A DNA stretch of 64,000 nt from Candidatus Poribacteria bacterium (GCA_965208325.1 OZ242326.1:1696001-1760000); one strand, 5' to 3'; counted from the stretch's first letter, positions 1 through 8,868 are shown. A program made the numbers and translations. The notes: generated from the sequence alone by a model not told the origin.

Positions 1-2209
1 TGTAGCCGTGAGGCGCTAGGACTGTGTTATCAGGAAATGCCCATTTTCTCGGATTGTTTGGGTTGTCACTCAAGTACATATTCGAAAGATCTACCTCATG
101 ACTGCTGAGGTTGTGCAATTCAATCCAGTCGTCGTGCTCCCCTTGCGGGTCGGCGATACTCTCCGTGTTGTTCGGCATCAGTTCGTTAATAACGATCAGC
201 GTGCTTTCGGCAAGAGGTGCGCGCACGCGGTAGGACAACGCACCCATTTCCGCGTTTGCAGGCGAAAACACGGTCGTCCCGTTCGCTTCAAGCGTGCGCG
301 CTTCAACATAATAACGCACCTCTGCCCCCGATCGCACGGCGGGGATTTCACCCGCGTAGCCGCTGCCGTTTCGAGACATCCGGACACTCTCAAACGGCGC
401 CAATCGACTCACGGCGTAGTACAGCATGACAGCGTCAATCTTGGAATCGGCGCCAATCTCCGCTGATATTAGCACAGGTTCAGTTGCCAGCGGCTTTTCC
501 GGCTGAGAAACGAATTGGATTGATGCCGTCCGCCCGTTGATTTCGGGATGATTGAGCAGGAACTCCCGACGCTCGTCTACAAACTGTTTGAAACTTGGCG
601 CCGCTCGTGGTCCTCTGCCGCTGCTCTGATTTCCAATGAGGCTATCTGCAAACGCCTCGTAAGCATAGAGCTTCTTGTCGTCCACCTTAACTTCGGCATC
701 AATGAGCGAGCGGTATTCTTCAATGATTGGCGCCAGCACCTCCCAATCCAGCCATTCGCCCGCAATGGTGCGGATATGCGCCAAATAACGCGCGCGCAGG
801 TGCGGAATGGAGAACAAGCGGCTAATCACCGGCCGCATCGCATCGGACTCCTGTGCGACAGGAGACAGCATCGGACCATCGTAATCCCAAGAGTTGGGCC
901 CGCCGCCGCCGGCATAACGAAACGTCTCGTTATTGTCTTGCGGCAGAAAGTGAAAGCGCCCCAACGGGTCTTGGTAGATTGCGTAATCGCTCGCGCGGCT
1001 GAAATAGCCGTCATTGTCAATGAACACATTTTCCAGCGCAAGATTCCACAGCGCGCGGTCAATGTTGAACACCCGTGAAAGCTCAACTGCAAGTTGCTCA
1101 TCGGGGGTTTTGTCCAGAATTTTGCACAGCGCAATTAAATCTACCCACGCATTCGGCGCGTCATTTGTTTTTAGTTGATAAGCTCGCTTATACGAGTCAG
1201 GGTTTTCGCCATTATAGACAAGACCGCCCTCGCGGCTCGGCGGCACTTTCCAACGAACCCCAATTCTCGTTCCGAACCACTCGTTGAGGAAGTCTTTGTT
1301 GAACTGCTGGGCGTTTATGTAGATCCCCCAGCTTTCCCCGTTAATCATTAGTTTAACAAAGTTCGCCTTTGATGCGGGAATATAATTTTGCGCTATCCGT
1401 GAATAAAGCACCTCACGGAGAAATGAGGGATCGGCATGGCCATTGAGTAGATTGAGAGTCTTGTAACCGTAGAGACGCTTGCCGTCGTCGCCGTAGTCAA
1501 CGGCGATGTGGAACGACTTTTTCTCGGAGTCTCGTATCGTGAAATAGGACGAACTGCCGCGAAAACGCACCCCGACTGACGGATAGAGTTTACCATCAAC
1601 GATTAAATCTGCAGGCAGATTAACATCCGTCCGATAAAAATCGCCGAGCTGTTCATACCAATCTTCGTCGTGAAATCGCAGGCATACGGTGCGCAGTGTT
1701 TTGGCGTCATATAGATGGGGTTCGCCTTTCGGTGCGGCGGCGCGGCTCATCTGTAAATCCGTGTCGAGTGTTGTATTCGGCGAGGATCGGCCTGAGGGAC
1801 GAGCGCTGCCGCTTTCACCTCTACTATCGCGGATGTAGCGTTGTGCCGCTTTTCGTTCTTCGCCGTTTAATTTTCCGTCTTTATCCTCGTCAAAACGGTC
1901 GACAATCATCTCAGCTCGCCTCGGACCCATTCGGCCGCCGAATCCACCACGACGTCCAAAGCCGCGTTCACGGCGCATCTGTCTGAGATCTTCAGCGTTT
2001 AAGTCACGACCCGTGAATACCTCGAACGTAGTTGCCTGAAACATTAAATCTCGTTCGGCTTCGCTCAATTTACCGTCGCCATCTGCGTCAAATAGTGCCA
2101 AATCCGATTCAGAGACTTTAGGTTCGTCCGCGTGTATATTTAGGGCAAAGTGGAGTCCCCCTAACAGCATGATCGCGAGTATCAGTGGGTTAATAGTTTT
2201 ACGTTTCAT
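1..2209 (-). CDS. Secreted CotH-family kinase with two EF-hand loops and a C-terminal lamin-tail domain (3' end outside window)
   Basis: Hand translation from ATG 2209 is open to the window edge. It shows a signal peptide (MKRKTINPLILAIMLLGG), EF-hand loops DADGDGKLSEAE and DEDKDGKLNGEE, CotH motifs VGVRFRGSSS, KKSFHI, YKTLNLLN, FLREVL and FIDNDGY, and an LTD motif VINELMPNN...DDWIELHN...VDLSNMYLSD. Confidence 0.85.
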   Translation of the reverse strand, partial: MKRKTINPLILAIMLLGGLHFALNIHADEPKVSESDLALFDADGDGKLSEAERDLMFQATTFEVFTGRDLNAEDLRQMRRERGFGRRGGFGGRMGPRRAEMIVDRFDEDKDGKLNGEERKAAQRYIRDSRGESGSARPSGRSSPNTTLDTDLQMSRAAAPKGEPHLYDAKTLRTVCLRFHDEDWYEQLGDFYRTDVNLPADLIVDGKLYPSVGVRFRGSSSYFTIRDSEKKSFHIAVDYGDDGKRLYGYKTLNLLNGHADPSFLREVLYSRIAQNYIPASKANFVKLMINGESWGIYINAQQFNKDFLNEWFGTRIGVRWKVPPSREGGLVYNGENPDSYKRAYQLKTNDAPNAWVDLIALCKILDKTPDEQLAVELSRVFNIDRALWNLALENVFIDNDGYFSRASDYAIYQDPLGRFHFLPQDNNETFRYAGGGGPNSWDYDGPMLSPVAQESDAMRPVISRLFSIPHLRARYLAHIRTIAGEWLDWEVLAPIIEEYRSLIDAEVKVDDKKLYAYEAFADSLIGNQSSGRGPRAAPSFKQFVDERREFLLNHPEINGRTASIQFVSQPEKPLATEPVLISAEIGADSKIDAVMLYYAVSRLAPFESVRMSRNGSGYAGEIPAVRSGAEVRYYVEARTLEANGTTVFSPANAEMGALSYRVRAPLAESTLIVINELMPNNTESIADPQGEHDDWIELHNLSSHEVDLSNMYLSDNPNNPRKWAFPDNTVLAPHGY

Positions 2210-2320
2210 ATTTTCGTCCGGAGTTCCGAGTGATTCGACATTTTTGTTCCGTCGACAATAGTAACCAATGATGCCAATTTCACAAGGGCGCGTTGAAATT
2301 CTTGCGGTCTTGTCCATAAT

Positions 2321-2372
2321 CGTAGGGGCGGGGTTTCCCCGCCCGCAAAGGTTTGGACAACCCAACCCTTAC
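2321..2372. repeat. GTAG-family REP doublet
   Basis: cGTAGgggcggggtttccccgccc hairpin followed by a degenerate partner ending ccttacg; a related half-site lies at about 48762. Confidence 0.65.
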
Positions 2373-2470
2373 GGACCGTCATGTGTCTGCGCACTGCCCT
2401 GATTGCATAGTTGCGAGGAAATGTCCTCCTGTGGGAGCGTCCTACCGGACGCGATAATCCACACAAGATT

Positions 2471-2519
2471 AATATAGCCTAAGTGAGACATGATATGCAA
2501 TCCAAATCTCACTTAGACT
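2471..2519 (-). promoter_or_regulatory. Putative promoter of the CotH gene with overlapping inverted-repeat operator
   Basis: Minus-strand TTGCAT-N18-TATATT; inverted repeat agcctaagtgaga / tctcacttagact straddles the -35 box. Confidence 0.4.
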
Positions 2520-2861
2520 TAATGAAGACACCGGTTAAATCAATTCATTTAGACAAACGGAGAACATAAATTGTTCGCATTTTCCGCGTCTCGCGAAAAA
2601 ACAACCAGGTTTTCCACGGCCCACTGCCGCCACAACGGTTAATTGCTTGCCTCAAGAAATATATTTTCGCAAAACTTCGATGGCCTTACCAAAAGGTTTT
2701 TCCGGGAAAAGGATAGCCAGCTTCCGCGTATAATCCAACATGGATAAACACGGAGACAAAGTCCAGAGTTTAAGAGTTTACAAAAGTTTACAAAAATTAA
2801 CAAAGTTTACATATTTTTTCTAGCCCACACAATTCTTACTTCCACCGCCGTCATGCGTAAA

Positions 2862-3236
2862 CGTCTGAATCGCGGATTGCCGCGGATTATGCGGATGACA
2901 CAGATTGAAAAAACTCCTTCACGGTTCGGTTCGTTTTGAATAATCGATTACCGTGTTCTCCATAAGTTCTTGTAGGTTGGGTTAAGCGGGATTTAAGGAT
3001 AAAGGCATGTACGCCGCGAGCGTGCCTAGGTTGGATTGCGCTAAAAATTGTGTTACACGCAGCGAACCCAACGCTTTTCGGTATTGCACATGAGTCTCGT
3101 TTAACGGCGCCGGTTGAGACATAGGACTAGCGGTGGTTTACGCTACATCTCAACTAGTTTGGGCGGAAATCCTTTCCCGAAACCGATGAGTTTGTAGTAG
3201 CATATTTCAGGAAACCAGCTCTACCCAACCCAAAAA
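2862..3236. repeat. Composite repeat module, copy 1
   Basis: gtctgaatcgcggattgcc...ttgaaaaaactcc, then ...gttctcca, then tgtaggttgggttaagc...gctctacccaacc; same order of parts as 4827-5197. Confidence 0.75.
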
Positions 3237-3348
3237 AAACTGTTACAGATTAGCACCGAGACGATACTCAGATACCAAATTTGACAAAAGTTTACAAAAT
3301 TTGACAGATTGGAATTTAATCCTACACAATTATTCTGTCCATCGCCAT

Positions 3349-3412
3349 TGTCTGAATCGCGGATTGCCACGGATCAAAAACATCGGCGCTATCCGATTCA
3401 TCTGTTGAATCC
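3349..3412. repeat. TCTGAATCGCGGATT repeat
   Basis: tgtctgaatcgcggattgccacggat matches the copies at 2862 and 4827. Confidence 0.75.
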
Positions 3413-3499
3413 TTATGGCTATGTACCTGTAGTGTGGTGATTTATCGCCGGAGTGATGGTCCGCCTTGTCAAATGGCAACAGAACTTAGCAACTGAAGG

Positions 3500-4702
3500 T
3501 TATGGTAATATAGTCTGATGGAATTGTATCTTTCCATCTTTAACGGTATTGATGACTAGACTTTTGATCGCGCGCCGATTTTCATCAAAATGCGATAGTA
3601 TTGCCGCACCGTTGTAGTTCCGAGTCGCCTCAATTTCGTCACGTATCGCTGCGGGGGTGAGGTCAGCCAATCGACGCATGGCTTCAATGACAATAGAGGT
3701 AGAGTCATAGCCGAGTGCAGCGGGACCGTCGGGGGCGATACCAAATCGTGCAGTATAGGCGCCAACAAATTGACGCGCCGCTTCACTTAACTCCCCCGGC
3801 GGGGCATCGGCGGAAAAATGATTTGCAAAGAAACTCCCTTCAATGGCGGGACCGGCGATTTCAATTAAGTCCGGTCGATCCCAACCATCGCCGCCCAGAA
3901 AGGTCGCCGCAATACCAATTTCAGTGTTCTTCGCCTGTTTAACTGCCAGCGGGAATTCCGCACCCAAACCACCCAGAAACACAACATCAACAGCAGGTTC
4001 CACCGCGGCAATTGGTATCAACTGCGCCGTAAAATCTGTCGTACCTGCCTCGTACGGTTCATGAGCTGCAATTGTGCCACCGAGCGCGGTAAACTGTTCA
4101 ATGAAAGCGTCCGACAAGCCCTCCGAGTAGCTGTTACCTGTTTCTGTGAGGACTGCGGCAGTCGTTGCCGCCAACCCCTGCACAGCAAAATTCGCTATCA
4201 TACTCGCCTGATACGGATCTGTATAAGCACCCATAAAAGAAAAATTCCCATTTCTAGTAACCTGTGGGTTTGTCGGATAGGTTGTCACCATCGGTATTCC
4301 GCGTTGTTGGACAACCAGTCCGACTTCCAAAGCCACGGTGCTGTAGTCCGGTCCCACGATTGCCAATACACCCGCATCAATGAGTTCCTTTGCGAATTCG
4401 ACACTAAGTGAGGGATCTCTTTGATCTTCCCTAATGAGCAGTTCTATCGGTTGTCCGTTAATCCCTCCCGCCTCGTTTGCAAGGAGGACAGCTACCTCGG
4501 CACCGCTCCGAGTCGTTCCGGGGTCGGGTGGACTATAAAGAAAACCGATCTTGATTGGAGCCGCACCGTCAGGTGCGTCAGGCACGACGAGGTGTTGAAT
4601 AAAGTCGCACCCTAAAAAGCAAAGGGGCAATAAGAAAAATAACGCCAAAATGCCGTAAACCGAGAAACATCTGGGTATTGTTCTATGCTGGTTAAATATC
4701 AT
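3500..4702 (-). CDS. ABC transporter substrate-binding lipoprotein, branched-chain amino acid (LivJ/LivK-like) family
   Basis: Lipobox-like FLGC, IKIGFL, NEAGGING, FLGGDGWD and ALGYD motifs of periplasmic binding protein family 6. Confidence 0.9.
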   Translation of the reverse strand: MIFNQHRTIPRCFSVYGILALFFLLPLCFLGCDFIQHLVVPDAPDGAAPIKIGFLYSPPDPGTTRSGAEVAVLLANEAGGINGQPIELLIREDQRDPSLSVEFAKELIDAGVLAIVGPDYSTVALEVGLVVQQRGIPMVTTYPTNPQVTRNGNFSFMGAYTDPYQASMIANFAVQGLAATTAAVLTETGNSYSEGLSDAFIEQFTALGGTIAAHEPYEAGTTDFTAQLIPIAAVEPAVDVVFLGGLGAEFPLAVKQAKNTEIGIAATFLGGDGWDRPDLIEIAGPAIEGSFFANHFSADAPPGELSEAARQFVGAYTARFGIAPDGPAALGYDSTSIVIEAMRRLADLTPAAIRDEIEATRNYNGAAILSHFDENRRAIKSLVINTVKDGKIQFHQTILP

Positions 4703-4757
4703 GAAGATTCTCCTTGTTGTTCGAGGTAATATAATGGTGATGCCTTATCCCTATGCT

Positions 4758-4926
4758 TGTCTGAATCAGGATTTACTGGATTAAAGGATTTTCGGGATTT
4801 TGGGGACGCATCCTCTCTTTTCTCACTGTCTGAATCGCGGATTGCCACGGATTTAAGGATGACACGAGTTGAAAAAACTCCATCACGATAAGGTTGGTTT
4901 CGTAAAATCGGCTATCGCGTTCTCCA
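4758..4926. repeat. Two TCTGAATC repeats and the first part of composite module copy 2
   Basis: tgtctgaatcaggatt at 4758; tgtctgaatcgcggattgccacggatt...ttgaaaaaactcc...gttctcca at 4827-4926. Confidence 0.75.
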
Positions 4927-4968
4927 CGTGGTAATTTCTCTTATTGATTGTCAACGAGGCACGTTAGC

Positions 4969-5197
4969 TTTTGTAGGTTGGGTAGAGCCAAAGGCGAAAT
5001 CCAACGTTTCTAGAGCGTTACTAACTCATCGACAGATCCGAACGGCAAACACACAATATTAGGCGCATCGCTATAGCATAGACAAGTAAAGCGTTGGGTT
5101 TCGCTTCATGGTAACAAATGTGAAACAAACTCACCTTCCGAACGTCTTGCTCTTGATGTCGCTTGTTTCTCAACCCCGCTCTACCCAACCTACAAAA
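4969..5197. mobile_element. REPIN/MITE-like element with perfect 20-bp terminal inverted repeats
   Basis: ttttgtaggttgggtagagc (4969-4988) is the exact reverse complement of gctctacccaacctacaaaa (5178-5197); inner inverted repeat at 4994-5009 / 5089-5104. Confidence 0.75.
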
Positions 5198-5254
5198 CTA
5201 CTCGGTGATTTGGGTTCGTTTTGGCTTCGTTTCGTAGAACTCGGTTACCACGTT

Positions 5255-5388
5255 CTCCATTAGTAAGGTGTACGTCAAAGATTCCGTTTTACCTCGCCCC
5301 AACGCTTTAGCCTTCCCGTATTCAGTTTTTCCGTCGAGAGGTGTTTGATTAACTCAATTGCTTGCTGTTGTATGTCTGCTTTTCGCAC
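5255..5388 (-). pseudogene. Decayed type II toxin-antitoxin locus: internally deleted antitoxin plus the first codons of a toxin
   Basis: AAGGAG RBS and GTG 5388 give VRKADIQQQAIELIKHLSTEKL joined directly to GRLKRWGEVKRNL. An overlapping TTG start reads MTYTLLM and then runs into repeat DNA. Confidence 0.5.
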
Positions 5389-5420
5389 GGCATTCTCCTT
5401 TCGTTCTGTTTGCTGTGCAT

Positions 5421-5600
5421 TGTCTGAATCGCTGTATGCCACGGATTCAAAAATTCGCACTATCCAATCAAGCGACTGAATAAGGAGTGCGGTAAAAATC
5501 CCTTAATCCGTGATTCAAACAATTGCTGCCGCATTCAAATCCCCCTTGTCGCGTTATCTGAATAGCGGATTACCGTAGATTAAGGGATTACTCGGATTCA
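5421..5600. repeat. TCTGAATC inverted-repeat pair plus an extra copy downstream of the ATPase-TOPRIM gene
   Basis: tgtctgaatcgc at 5421, inverted aatccgtgattcaaaca at about 5505-5521, and tctgaatagcggatt at about 5557. Confidence 0.7.
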
Positions 5601-5607
5601 AAAAAAC

Positions 5608-7410
5608 TCACCCTTGCTGAACCGAATGAGCCTGATGGGCTTCGATGAATTCCTCAAGACTTTCCACGATCTTATCAAACTTTTCAAAATCATCAACTTT
5701 CTTCCGTTTTTCACAAATCCAGTCGCAAAATTTCTTTTTATTAAGACGCTTCGTATATCCACCGTCATCCCCTGGGTATTCGCAATAGAAGCAATCGTCA
5801 AAAAGTTCCGCCGGGAAAAGATTTTCAATGCCTTTATTCACTTTGTTATTTTCAGTATTACGCGGAATTGACCGCACCCAAAGACGTTCGACTTGGTCAT
5901 CTGGCTTACCAGCATCCCAATCGTAAAGAAGCAATACTGGGCGATGGAACAACGATACCTTCGATTCGTAAACGTTCTTAAATCTATTTAGCCCGCTAGA
6001 TCCTCCAGGACGAGGTTGATTTCCCCCTTCCATGCCCACAGGTTCAATATCAAAAGAGTTTAGAAGATCTTCCTTTCCCAATAAAGCTAGAGCTGTTTGA
6101 ACATAGCGCACATCTGAGGTGCCTTCTGTAAGAACTAGAGGTTTATTTCCCTCCATGAAACGCTGTTCTATCTGTTCCTTAAAGCTTTCTGTATTTTGAT
6201 AGTATTCAAAAGCTTTCCCAAATTCAGTGAACCGTTCGCTACTAATTCTGCTGCCGGTTGGTAATTCAAGAATGGTGAATCCGTCCGGACCGTACATCCT
6301 GTCCATGCCAAGAAGGAATAGCGGAGAGTGAGATGATACAATAAACTGAACTTTCGGAAACAGTTGTATGAGTTTTGGGATCACTTCATATTGGAGAGAC
6401 GCGTGCAAGTGAGCGTCAATTTCGTCTATCAATACAACGCCCGTAATCTCAGATAGACGAATGCTCCTGTTGATGTCAATTCGTTCACCATATCGAATGA
6501 TTGTGGCAAATAGGTGGAACAACTGAGATTGACCTTCCGATAACGACTGTAAGCTAGGAATCATCTGTCTATTGTTTAACTGTATGGAAAGCCGAGATGG
6601 TGCAAGGTTCCGAAAGTTCAAATGTAACTTTGCGGTACCATCTTGAAGTATCGCCTGCAATATGCGTTCGACATTCTGCCGGGCTCGCTGAAGAGCTTGA
6701 CGGTTTTCCAAGTTAACTACTTCTTCTATACTCAAATTGGGCCTTAGGAGTCTCAGGTCAACCAAGGAGTCAAGAAATACATCCAATATCCAACTGATAT
6801 TTTCCTCTGTGCAGGTTTCTACCCGAATGGGTTTGGCAAGCTCTTGATTAAAGCGGCCGATTGCGGAATCTTCCGGTCCGGCTTTTAAACTCTTCGGGTT
6901 TAACCAGTCAGGATCTTCTCGGCGGCTGGCAGGAAAAAAGACATGGGCACCTTTTTCCATCTCGGTCTTGATGATCTCTTTGTTGCGTGATACTTTCTTG
7001 TGGTTTCCATCTAGTTGCCAGTTCCACACAGGAGCAAATACAGATCTGAGATCAGGGTAAGGGGTTCCCGGATCGAGCTGTCCAGCTTTCTCACAGTAAT
7101 GTAACTCACTGGCAGCAGTTCTGAAACGAAGGAGACTTAAGCTAAACGCTTCTCCACTCCTTATTGCCCTTCCACTAATGATTCGGAAATATGGAGTATT
7201 TGGACCACCAGAAGGGACAATGTCAGTAAAGGCTTTTTTTGCAAACTCCATAAGTGCGTCAACGATATAGGAGATGAAGACGCTTTTACCTGATCCGTTG
7301 GGTCCGACGATTATTACAGGACGAGGATTATTATTGTCATCGAACGGTAGGTTTACATGACATTTTGAAATGGGACCGGTATTTTCTAGGTATATTTCAG
7401 ATAGATACAT
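5608..7410 (-). CDS. ABC-type ATPase fused to a C-terminal TOPRIM domain (OLD-like nuclease; probable defence protein)
   Basis: Walker A GPNGSGKS, signature LSEGQ, Walker B VLIDEIDAHLH, H-loop SSHSP; TOPRIM motifs LTEGTSD, LYDWD and GIENLF. ATG 7410 preferred to TTG 7425. Confidence 0.85.
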   Translation of the reverse strand: MYLSEIYLENTGPISKCHVNLPFDDNNNPRPVIIVGPNGSGKSVFISYIVDALMEFAKKAFTDIVPSGGPNTPYFRIISGRAIRSGEAFSLSLLRFRTAASELHYCEKAGQLDPGTPYPDLRSVFAPVWNWQLDGNHKKVSRNKEIIKTEMEKGAHVFFPASRREDPDWLNPKSLKAGPEDSAIGRFNQELAKPIRVETCTEENISWILDVFLDSLVDLRLLRPNLSIEEVVNLENRQALQRARQNVERILQAILQDGTAKLHLNFRNLAPSRLSIQLNNRQMIPSLQSLSEGQSQLFHLFATIIRYGERIDINRSIRLSEITGVVLIDEIDAHLHASLQYEVIPKLIQLFPKVQFIVSSHSPLFLLGMDRMYGPDGFTILELPTGSRISSERFTEFGKAFEYYQNTESFKEQIEQRFMEGNKPLVLTEGTSDVRYVQTALALLGKEDLLNSFDIEPVGMEGGNQPRPGGSSGLNRFKNVYESKVSLFHRPVLLLYDWDAGKPDDQVERLWVRSIPRNTENNKVNKGIENLFPAELFDDCFYCEYPGDDGGYTKRLNKKKFCDWICEKRKKVDDFEKFDKIVESLEEFIEAHQAHSVQQG

Positions 7411-7505
7411 GTAAGTAGCTCTCAAAAATCAAATGTCGCAGTGTTTTCGGTTAGGCTGAGACCGTACAATGTAATTGCTCAACACATTAATAGCGATTTC
7501 TGCGT

Positions 7506-7580
7506 TGTTTGAATCACGGACTGACACGGATTCAAAAATCCGCGTTATCTGCTACATCTGTTTAATCCGTGATTCGGACA
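7506..7580. repeat. TCTGAATC inverted-repeat pair upstream of the ATPase-TOPRIM gene
   Basis: tgtttgaatcacgga ... tccgtgattcggaca; same family as 5421-5521. Confidence 0.7.
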
Positions 7581-7641
7581 GTATTTTCATCCACAATCGC
7601 AATTTCTTCAGGGGTTGTAATAGGATTCGGTAGCAACATAA

Positions 7642-7680
7642 TAAAGGCGGCAGTAACCTCATTTCACTCTGCCGCCAAAA
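7642..7680. terminator. Possible bidirectional terminator hairpin
   Basis: aaaggcggcag-N15-ctgccgccaaaa; GC-rich stem with a large loop. Confidence 0.35.
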
Positions 7681-7789
7681 TCGAACGTCAATGTCCTCTG
7701 GTGTTCAGCACGTACAGAAAACCCTAAAAACAATCAATTGAGGATTTCATTCTTATGTCATCAATAGAATGAAAATATGTACGTGGGAA

Positions 7790-7993
7790 TTAAGGGGTAC
7801 CGCGTTTCTGGTCCTTTTCCCAATCCCTAGCACCGTCTTGTGTTGAGACATTCCCAACCTTCGTAACATGAACATCTTTTCCATATTCTCGTTGATGTTC
7901 TTTTTCACGGCGGTCGAGGTCCTTAGTAACACCGCTGCGAATAATTGTATTGCCTCGTTTCAAATGATACTTGTAGGTATCACGTGCACCCAT
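7790..7993 (-). CDS. 67-aa minimal GIY-YIG-like protein
   Basis: Strong RBS AAAGGGGG. TYKYHL...IIRSGVTKDLDRREKEHQ...ARDWE follows the YxYxL...GxTxDLxRRxxEH...AxxxE pattern of GIY-YIG nucleases. Confidence 0.65.
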   Translation of the reverse strand: MGARDTYKYHLKRGNTIIRSGVTKDLDRREKEHQREYGKDVHVTKVGNVSTQDGARDWEKDQKRGTP

Positions 7994-8212
7994 GGGTAGT
8001 TTCCCCCTTTCTCAAAAAGTAATGGTATATTAGCATCCCTGGATGACCGAATGCAAGGAAAAATGCATTTCGACTGCTATATATTGTGTAAAACTATGAA
8101 ATATACCCAACATATAGGAGATTTGGTCAGTCAGAAATGAATAAGAAGTTGACCTCAACTTTCACCAATCAAAACTTATTCTAGCCCATTCAAACTACCC
8201 ACTTTTTGTGAG

Positions 8213-8750
8213 TCATGCCTCTACAATCGCAATTTCTTCGGGGGTAAAGTCGTACAAAGAGTATACTATCTGGTCAGTCTCAATTTCAAGTTCGGATAAA
8301 TCCGCGTCCGGGGCAGCGCGTCTGGCGGCAAGGATTTGATCGGCGAGCACTACAGTCTGCTCGTGCGTTGCTCTGTCATTTGAAATATTAAAGTCGAGGT
8401 TGGAGATGGGGATCGCTTCAATTTCAGATTTTTTGATTTTGGGAAATAGCGTTTTGAAGTCAGAACTGTTTTTTATCCAGAACCATTTACCCAATTTGCC
8501 GTTTATGCTTCCACGTACATATTTCAATGAATATTTATCGTGCGAACCAATTAGATTAAATATTGTATTCAGAATGTAAAACTGTTCCCCGTCATGAGTA
8601 GCTATTGGAGTTCGTCCTATCTGGCGAATTACTATCTTCGGATTCAGAAAATACCTTTCATTTCTCTCGCGATGCAGCCAACTACCATATTGAACATGAA
8701 GCCCTTTCCAGTTTTTCTGGTAAGTAAACCTTTCCTCACGCCTACCGCTT
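8213..8750 (-). pseudogene. 3' remnant of an Eco57I/TaqI-like type IIG R-M gene (TaqI_C specificity domain)
   Basis: The frame extends upstream of the listed ORF as NWKGLHVQYGSWLHRERNERYFLNPKIVIRQIG... and ends DQIVYSLYDFTPEEIAIVE. It is closed by an in-frame stop near 8750, and no MTase part is present. Confidence 0.75.
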
Positions 8751-8868
8751 CACATGGCCGCATTAAAATCTTGACAGCGCTGATGAAATTATGCAAAGAT
8801 TGAGAATGTTCCCAATTTTGGCGTGGATTTTCTGGGGCTGAGTGGATAGGGATCAAGGGATAAAGGAT

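Noticed and set aside
98..1986. Short listed ORFs on both strands, and a possible frameshifted gene
   Set aside because: They are shadows of one continuous minus-strand CotH frame, which the track omitted because its stop lies outside the window.
2862..7580. CRISPR array or integron attC cassette array
   Set aside because: The repeats are degenerate and irregularly spaced. No cas gene or integrase is present, and I found no consistent RYYYAAC/GTTRRRY boxes.
5608..7790. Retron or Gabija system
   Set aside because: No reverse transcriptase or UvrD gene is present, and the upstream hairpins belong to repeat families found elsewhere in the window.
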